A stretch of DNA of 64,000 nt from Lingula anatina. Taxonomy: Eukaryota > Animalia > Brachiopoda. The notes below the pieces were generated by a model. That model made no database searches and had not been told where the DNA came from. It saw only the letters and a list, made by a program, of their open reading frames with translations. The stretch covers positions 22,466,534 to 22,530,533 of the forward strand of contig CM120644.1 of assembly GCA_051362555.1 (NCBI GenBank), written 5' to 3'. Shown here in pieces: positions 55,701 through 64,000 of the stretch. The stretch's first letter is position 1, and each line of letters opens with the position of its first letter. The position numbers were made by a program, and so were the translations under genes.

Positions 55701-58700
55701 ATTAAAGATGGTGTAAAAATGTTTCTTTTTTTACATCAATGATATTATAAATGACATTTGAAACCCCCTCTGTCTAGAGGAAATCAACAAAAAAGCAACC
55801 TTAATACTAACTTTCTGGGCTAATTCAGCATCCTAAAGAGCTTACCATCTGAATGGCTATCTCTTCCCATGGAAGGAAATTACTCATAGCATTCCAAGAA
55901 ATAATTGACTCAATTAAACAAGTTACCAAACCATCCAGATATTTTTCCGCAAAAACTATTCCAAAGTCATATAATATCACCAGATAAAGGTGTAGGTGAA
56001 TGGCAGACATATTTAAAAAAAACTTGAGTACTGATAATTGGGAACTAACATTTAAGAAACGGATCACAAGAAAATGAAGTTGCTCCAATTCAGAATAAAT
56101 CATAGAATATTCAATACTTATGCTTATCTTATGAATTTGAGAATTTTGCAATACTGCTAGGGAAAATTTCTGTACGTTTTTTGGGATTGTCCACATGTAA
56201 AAAAATGTTTGGATGTGCATCATTTGCCCCGCTAAAGATAATTTAGGTGTGGTCATTGATAGATCTCCGGAGATATTTGTATTTGGGTTTGTGCAAGCAT
56301 ACACTATTTATGTACCTATCTTAATAATTAAGAAACATGTTAGTATATGTAGAATGGGAACAGAAAGATGGGAAGGGACTGGAGGGTATGTAAAATGCTA
56401 CAGAGATATCTGCATATATATTATTAAATATATATTATTAAATATATAATGTTAAATACTTGTTGCTAGGGTAATATGCTGCCTAGCAACTGTTGCAATG
56501 GTTTACTTGGGTTTTCCATGTCTTAAAATAGTATAGTGATAGTTCTTATGGTTTGAAACATTATTAAAAGCCTTTTTAAATCATTTAAACTGAACAAGAA
56601 AGGTCCAATTAGCTTGTTACTAAGGTAAATCACTTCCATAGCAACGGTTGCTAAGCAACGCTTTGAAAATTTGGGCACTGCCCTTGAAAATGATCAGCAT
56701 AGTCCAAAGAACATTTGTACCAAGTTTCATGCTTTTTCCACATTTTGAGCAATTTTTGCACCAGTCATCTAGACTATCAGAGTCTGTCGCACTGGTTAGG
56801 CAGATTCTTCGGAGTTTAAACCATCGCTAAGATCAACTCCTCTGCAGCCTATTGCAACATGACTAACCTGTTTGCAGCGCTAACGGACTTGATAAGTCTG
56901 ATCTGCTGAAAAAAAAAAAAAAACTAATTGCGACTGTTCCTTGTAAATCGCAAAAGTACGTTCCATATGATGCATGGAACTAAAAAGTTCGCACCCTTCT
57001 TAAAGAAAAGACCTATCCCATGCATGTAATAACTACTACAGTGAAAAAATTCATTGAGAAGAGAAGCCGCAAAAATTGTGAAGCGTACGGGTGTTGACTG
57101 TAAGGTAGCACACACCATCGAGAAGTTTGATTGTATCTGGGTGGACAAGTTGGATTGTAGCTGGTATGGTACATTGGACAAGGTATAGTGTTTTTCAGGG
57201 TCCTTTTCGAACACCAGGCTGGTTTTAGCAGGTAGGAATACCAGAGCTCTGGGGAAGCCACTGTAAACAGCAACACATAGTCGTCTGTTTCTTTAATGAA
57301 TTGGGGACCATGCCCGTTTCTGGGAAGAACACTGAAAACGTGTGGCTTTCTTTATTGAGGCCAGATTTAACCTGTAATCACAGAGTTAATAACATCTTGA
57401 AGAGGCCTACAACGCAGCGTGTGACGCATCTTAAGTGACTAGCTAGGGTCATTGGTGCGTCATTATCTTGAGTGGATACCACTTTGGTGCCAAAACACCA
57501 ATGGTAGCCATCGATGAAAACCTGAACCAGATCAAAAAAGGAAAAATATGGAAACCCATCGACTATCATTTGATTGGGGCACCATACTAATAATTTTAGG
57601 TGGAAAGATGAAATTGCCAGTTGACACAGAGCACTAAAATAGCACATAACTTACGGTACCGAGGGAATAAACAGCTACCTTGGTCATCAAAATTGCCATA
57701 TTTGAGCCACATATTTGGGTAAGTCATTACTTTCTTAATCAACGGCCGACATATCCCACAATCAAAATGAAACAAAGTTTTGATCATTGCCTGAAATGTT
57801 ATTCCAGATTAAACTCTAAAAACAGTATCCCAAGGAATGCCTTACAGCTTGTTAAGGCGTGACAGAGATCGTTGCTGTATTGCTTGTTTGGGTTGTAGTA
57901 TGAATAAAAATAGGAAATGCTTTTTTTGTTTGCGTCACTAGCGAATCCAATTAATAAAGTGATGTCACAATATTATCAAAGAGATTAAAAAAGTAATCTA
58001 AACACTATTTTTATCCTTATTTTCATTTTCCAGACAGCAAAATAGAAAAGAACTGATGAAAAATGTTTTGGAAAAACAGTCCATATTTGTGTGAAGTCTG
58101 TAGTACTTATCTCTAAACAATAAAACATACTGGTATCCGCTATATATATATTCTAAAATTAAACACAGTTCAGCGTGTAAACAAAAGTAACGTTCTATGC
58201 ACATCGTACAGTTTTTAAAGAACAATTTCGAGTGCAAAAGAAAGAGAAAATAAAAAAGTATTCAAATGTGAAGGTCTCATTATATAGAGGCAGATAGTTT
58301 AAACAGAATTTATCTAATAGTGTGAACTTATCAGAACCTTAGATAATTAATTTTTTCTTTCCATCTTTTCTTTTTGAGAGGGGTACAAATATCGAATTAA
58401 TTCGATACATCTGAATAAATGTAATTAGCCGGCTTCCCATCACTCTGTATGGGTGACATTTGTCTCATATATTAACCCCAATACAACAACTAGCCGAAGC
58501 CTGTATTAATCATATGGTAGCCAGGACTTCCATTCCTGTGACACAGGGTTCGAATAAAGACGTAAAAAATTCACTCTTACCTGACTCAGACACTGGAGTA
58601 TTGAAGAACTGTACTTTATCTCTTCTACTGGCTGACACAAGCCTGTACCTGGCGGCGGGGTCCAAGATGAAGGTACTGAAGGTAAAGGCCCCGTCTTCAC

Positions 58701-58941
58701 TAGTCTCTGCCTTGGTGCCATCTATGTACGCTTCGTCCGGTATCCCGGTGAAATCAATGCCGTATTTGTTCTTAAGAGATAAAATTATGTGTGAAAATTA
58801 AAGTCGTAAAACTGACATTTTCTCTAAATTAGATAGATAGTGTGTATATAAACCAAAGATGAGCAAAAATGCATATTATAAATAATCTGGACTTGTCTTG
58901 TTTTTATGACAATTACAATGTCAATGTTTGTTGTACTTTTC

Positions 58942-58976
<35 letters not shown>

Positions 58977-59398
58977 TTGACATAGGCATCTCACCTTTAA
59001 CCATGAAGTAGCCCTCTTTCCCTCAACAATGGCGTCCGTCTCAGAGCGGCCAGCCAACTTCTGATGAGCCAGAATATCACTGCGCGTTCCTTGGACGTTA
59101 CTTAGGTCAACAGATCCATCGATGACGAGAGTGAGGACATAGTTGTAGCAGAGCGTCTCCGGTTTCTGACACGTGTCCGGGCGTTGTTGCCAAGTGACAT
59201 TCTTGTAGAAATGCATATTTGGTCTGGGGTAATTTTGACCAGTGCTGTTCACCCCGGGGCTGACGATTGAAGCCACCAAGATGAAGGCCAAGGCAGAGAG
59301 AAGTTTCCTACAGGGAAGAATGGTGTAGGCAATTAGGTTATGTTATGTTAATAGGCACACACAAACATAGACATTCATATGCACACACACAGCCAACG

Positions 59399-59459
<61 letters not shown>

Positions 59460-59507
59460 ACGAATAAGTAGAACGGCTGCAAGCACTCACCTGATTAACA
59501 TTAACAT
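52701..59507 (-). CDS. Uncharacterised secreted protein, family X copy C (~289 aa)
   Basis: Exons 59507-59491, 59307-58995, 58770-58581, 53050-52701. Frame intact. Intron 3 is expanded to ~5.5 kb by nested transposons. TATA-like at ~59547-59555. Confidence 0.82.
54167..56776. mobile_element. Academ-like non-autonomous element with ~320-bp TIRs
   Basis: TAGTCTGGATGACTGGTGC ... GCACCAGTCATCTAGACTA; 3-bp TCA TSD on both sides. Confidence 0.78.
55060..56400 (+). mobile_element. Degraded L1/Tx1 ORF2 C-terminal fragment nested in the Academ-like element
   Basis: LESWSLRNLSIIGKSTVV, FNFI.NGK..KIK and KAL.FTWLKRL segments correspond to WNRRILTPIGRITIL, FIWGSKIDKVK and ALKCTWIRRL of the 61.5-64 kb element. 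Confidence 0.75.
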
Positions 59508-59732
59508 GATACAAAGTTATACTGAAAGTTGTTTAAGCACAACTCTTTATATAATATAGAGCTTTAGTCGCAGACGGTAAAAAATATGCAGACGTGGAAA
59601 TTTTCAATAATGCATGGACTCTAAGGTTACATTATACCAGCACAAAAATGCTGTAGTGTCGAGGTAGCATAGTAGCATTAATGCAGCATTATTGTGGAGC
59701 TTGTTTGTAGTAGAGTAACAGTATAGCCTACT

Positions 59733-60906
59733 TAGTGCACGTGATTGGTGTAAAATTTGCTCAGAAGGTGGAAAAAGCAGGAACATAGAAACAACCTGAT
59801 TACATCTTTCTTGTCCAGAAAAAATATAGATAAACAATTCATTTAATGTATACATCTGCCTTTAACAAAATCACAAAATTAGCAGTATTAATTATAACCC
59901 TGCCTTTCACAAAGTAAAATCTGCTCTCTCTAGACCAGTTCCAATTGTCCAGTCAGTGTATAATGATATATTAGTTGAATGTCTTTTCTTTGGTATGCTA
60001 TCAGTCCCTTAGGTAATAATAAAAGACACGTATAAATATATATGTAAGCCCTCATAAAGCAAAGTTTTTAGTTCTTTATAAAGTGGATATATCAAATATA
60101 ATTTAGATAAAATTAAATCTCTCACATTAGAATAACATTAAAATAACAGTTGTTTCCTGTCATTGAACATTTTTCAGGGACCAGACTTCCAAGAAAATTC
60201 TCATTTTTTTCAATATTTCCTTAAATTTTTTTTTTCGCACAGATTTTTTCAATTTTTTTTTTATTTCAAAAAACTTAAATACACCTGCATGGTTCAATTT
60301 TATTTCCTTTTCTCTATAAATGAATTTCAACATTTCTGTCCAAACACGAAGTCTGTTAGATGCCATATTTTCCTTCCACCAAGGCTGCTCTACAGCAACA
60401 TAACAAAATAGCAGTCTTGCAAGATGAGCATACCTGCACTAGGTGCTATGTCTTCAGATACCGTCATGCTGGAGTTTTCCAGAACAGTGGACCCTTGTGG
60501 ATACATTTTTTCTGAAGGTAGTCTTCTGTCCAGAGTTCTTAAAGTGTGCATTTAGGGGCAGATGTAGAGACTGTTTATGTGTAAGTGTACTTAAAATGCA
60601 CTGTCTCTTAGGCATCCAGGGGAGATTATAACGCCTTAATTATAGCAAAGTTTCATAAAGAGTTGTAAGGTAACAAAAATGTGGAAATGACTGGTTACTT
60701 ACTTTGAACATGCTGCCTATAAGTATCAGAGGCAATGTTGATTTTTTTTATTATAAGATATGCGTATATTTCACAAAACTGTTTTGGAACTTTTGGCACT
60801 ACCCTTGAAAATGATCAGAATAGTCCAAAGAACATCAGTACCAAGTTTGGTGCTGTTTCCACATTCTGAGCAATTTTGATAATATATAACACCAATTATC
60901 ATACTA
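59733..60906. mobile_element. Second Academ-like non-autonomous element
   Basis: TAGTGCACGTGATTGGTG...CACCAATTATCATACTA ends, subterminal sequence similar to the 54167-56776 TIRs, ACT TSD. Confidence 0.65.
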
Positions 60907-61241
60907 ACTGCACTCCTACACGAAAAAAGTACATATGGTTGTACAGAGAAGAGCATTAAGGCGGTAGATTAGCAGCATGGTAGAAGCATGTTTCAAATAA
61001 AGATGTTCCAAATCTACACTGGTAACGTTGAGAAAAAAAGCATTATGCTTCTGCTGCACTGCGCTGGTACCCTTGGGAAGCATCACCTGTGTTACATTTA
61101 AAATGGAATTCTTCAACGATACTCCACAGAATTTTCTTGGTTAGATGAAATTATTTTCTGTGTTTTCCCACCATTGCAGGCCCTAAGCCATAGTTGTCAC
61201 TTTAAATGATGCTGGTAAAACATAAGTCATTAAGTGATTCA

Positions 61242-61273
<32 letters not shown>

Positions 61274-64000
61274 CACAAAAAGACAAACAAAAATACATCT
61301 GTAGACACACACACTAACACACACACACACAATAACACACACAAGACATTCATTATACATTAAGTAAACATGTAGATAGCCGGACTACGTACGAAACAGT
61401 ATATTACAAGTGATGCTGCACATAACAAGATACCAACATTTTACATTTCACATAAGAAATTAGCGAAAAAGTAAAGTAAATTTATAAGTGGAGAAACTAG
61501 TCAAAAATAGAATCCCAGGTTCTCCACTCTGTAAGAAAATGGCCTAATTGAAGATTTTTTTGAGAAACATATTTTTCTAATTCGAATTTTGTTTTGATAT
61601 ATAAGAGAAGGGAAGGGAAGGTCGGCTGCATTTTTCTTTTAAAACAAGTATATATATAAAATTTGGAGACAAGAATAATGTAATTTAGAGGCTTGAAATT
61701 TGTTTTGGATACTCCAAAAAGTATATTTTCATCATAGAGTGTAATTCTTTCATCAGTTTTGTTAGCAATCAAGCGTTCCATTTCAGTCCAAATGTTTCTT
61801 ATTCGATAGCAATTTAAAAATACATGTCGCAAATCTTCCCTCTCCGCTCCACAGATAAAGCATTTCTCTGACACCTCAATACCGATTCTTTTCAGGTATG
61901 ACCTAACTGGTAAGATTCTAAAAATTATTCTGTATTGGAACCATTGAAGTTTTGTTTCTCGTGTAACATAGAAACAATTCTCGTAAACATACTTCCAAGT
62001 GATATTTATATTTAGATCTAGGTTCCATTTCCTTTCGTGTACCAAGTTTTCAGGAGCTTCACTCATGAGAACCTGATAGAAATCTTTACACCCATTTCGA
62101 CTCTTTATAAGTAGCTGAACCGGCTGAGGAACATAAGGAAATAAAATATCTTCAAAAATTTCTTCAGTGTTCTTTTCTTTTAGCCTACATTTTAAACTGT
62201 TACGTATTCCAAAATATTTTAGATCACATACTCTTTGAAATCCAAATTTCCTTTCCAGTTCAGCTTTGGTTAAAAATTTTCCTTCGTTGAAAAGATCGCC
62301 AATTATTCTTATACCCTTATTGTACCATTCTTTGTCCAATATTGATACCCCACCCAATTTTACTTTTCTATTATACCACAGAGGTTCAAGAGCAATATTG
62401 CTATTCATATCTTCTATACCGTATGTTAAATCTTTCCAGGAGATAATGACATCTTTCCAAAACCTGTTATTGCAATTGCGTAAGAGTATATCTAAATAAT
62501 CATTTCCATAGTCAAATATATTCCAAATAGATTGTAAATCAAAGGTGCTCTGGAGAATAGTGTTATAAACGTTATTTTTAAGGTATAGTCTTCTTATCCA
62601 TGTACATTTTAATGCCGTTATGAATTTACTTAAGTCTGTCATTTTTAGACCACCATATTCATAATCCTTTACTATCTGACCTCTCTTTACCTTATCAATT
62701 TTGCTACCCCAAATGAATTGGAAAAAAATGGAACTTAGTTTTTTTATGAATACTGGATCTGGATTTGGCAGAGAAATGAAAAGATGGTTCAGCATTGGGA
62801 TGATAAGGGTTTTTAAGATAGTAATTCTACCAATAGGGGTAAGTATTCTTCTATTCCAATGCCGAATCATACCCTCTATCTTCGGGATTTGTTTATCAAA
62901 GTTTAAAGTGACCATATCGTTTAAATTTACCGAGAATTCTATACCTAAGAGATTAAATTGAGTCGAACCCCAATCAAGTAAATTTGCAAAAAATAATTCT
63001 AGGTCTACCTCTTCTAATTGATTAGTTTTTGACGAGTAAAGGCGTTCATAAAATAACTTTGCTTCATTTAGTATAAGTTTTTGATCAAATATTGTTGTTC
63101 CGTCTGGTAGTTCTAAATTCTGAATAGTTTTATTGACATAATTTCTGGATTCAAGTGAACAAAAATATTTCGTAGGCTTCTCTCCTTCCTCAATCCATCT
63201 GCATTTTGCTCGGACGAGGACTCCTTTTAGTTTTTCTTGTCTGATATTTTTCAACGCCTCCCTCTTAGCCTCAAGTTCGTCCAAAGAATTTTCATTTGGG
63301 TGGTTCATTTCCATTACATAAATTTCTCTTTCTAGTTCTAATTCTTGCCTGTCCCTTTGTTTTTTCTTGAAAGAGGAATGGGAAATTGTCATTCCTCTAA
63401 TTTCCATTAAAAGCATTTCTAAAAATAAGGAGTCATCAATAGTGAAAGATATTTGTTCGTTTGGAATTTCTGTAATATTTTCTTCGGCGTACACCGGAAC
63501 TGCATATTGAACTTTTGTTCTCTTAATTATGTCCTTCACTTTACTCACATATTCCTCATCTTTTAAGAGGGAACTGTTAAATACCCAAGTGCCTTTGCCC
63601 TTAATAAATTTATTTAGCTTTAATTCTAAAATTACGGGTGAATGATCAGATCGGTATGATGCCTTAATAGAAATTTTAGAAACTGAATTTTGAAGGTTAT
63701 CCGCAATTAAAAAGAAATCTAGTCTAGCCTGCCTTCTGGGATTCCTTCTTCTCCATGTGAATCTCCTCTCGTCAGGGTAGAGAAGTCTGAAATAGTCAAT
63801 TATATTTAGGTCATTCATAACTTCAAGTAATTTTTGCCTAGCTCTAGGGTTATTCACATTTGCATAATTTTCTGTGTCTATATCAGGGTTTAAAGTAAGA
63901 TTAAAGTCACCGCAGATCAAGAAATTTTCATTATTAAAGTCTATTATTATATCTCGTACCTGTTCATAAAAATCTGGAGTATCCCTGTTCGGGCCATAAA
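61242..64000 (-). mobile_element. L1/Tx1-clade non-LTR retrotransposon (3' part) with poly(A) tail; ORF2 lacks the RT core
   Basis: Open ORF from beyond 64000 to 61497. APE endonuclease motifs YGPN, ICGDFN, FTW, ARLDFF, SDH; linker EGEKPTKYF; C-terminal CFIC...E...HVFLNC zinc knuckle. T-run at 61242-61269. Confidence 0.92.

Larger units (their letters stand above)
53144..58102. mobile_element. TA-flanked TIR element, copy 2 (inverted relative to 33630-35296)
   Basis: TACAGACTTCACA...TGTGAAGTCTGTA ends. 53250-53450 and 57270-58100 match the reverse complement of copy 1. Empty site acacTAgaat at ~46955. Confidence 0.78.
32540..59640. repeat. Three-unit segmental duplication carrying family X (units ~32.5-41.2, ~43.7-48.8, ~49.4-59.6 kb)
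   Basis: Intergenic block 36750-37360 recurs at 44620-45950 and 49440-50020; introns and 3' flanks are also shared. Confidence 0.8.

Noticed and set aside
53987-56830. Repeated MLSNALK.WALPLKMIS ORFs as a gene family
   Set aside because: They are translations of the two TIRs of the Academ-like element.

Overview
AT-rich eukaryotic genomic DNA with GT-AG introns, many microsatellites and many transposons. It looks like a marine invertebrate, but the taxon cannot be fixed from sequence alone. By hand I could assemble eight apparently intact genes with consistent splice phases, and all encode secretory-pathway proteins. They are: a type II BRICHOS precursor with a furin site and a long Pro-rich/Lys-rich/8-Cys mature region (2.4-5.3 kb); a Golgi B4GALNT/GT12-like glycosyltransferase (11.5-13.6 kb); a single-domain secreted PAN/Apple protein (18.3-18.6 kb); two tandem intron-rich genes for secreted bacterial-type family-3 solute-binding proteins (HisJ/ArgT-like; 21-32.6 kb); and three tandem copies of an unrecognised ~290-aa secreted protein (39-59.5 kb). 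An orphan third SBP exon 1 lies at 43.8 kb. Much of the rest is transposon-derived: PIF/Harbinger MITEs and a transposase pseudogene, TA-flanked TIR elements, Academ-like elements, Helentron/HINE-like repeats, a Tc1 remnant and LINEs, including an L1/Tx1 ORF2 that stays open but lacks its RT core. Family assignments come from motif recognition only; no database searches were run.
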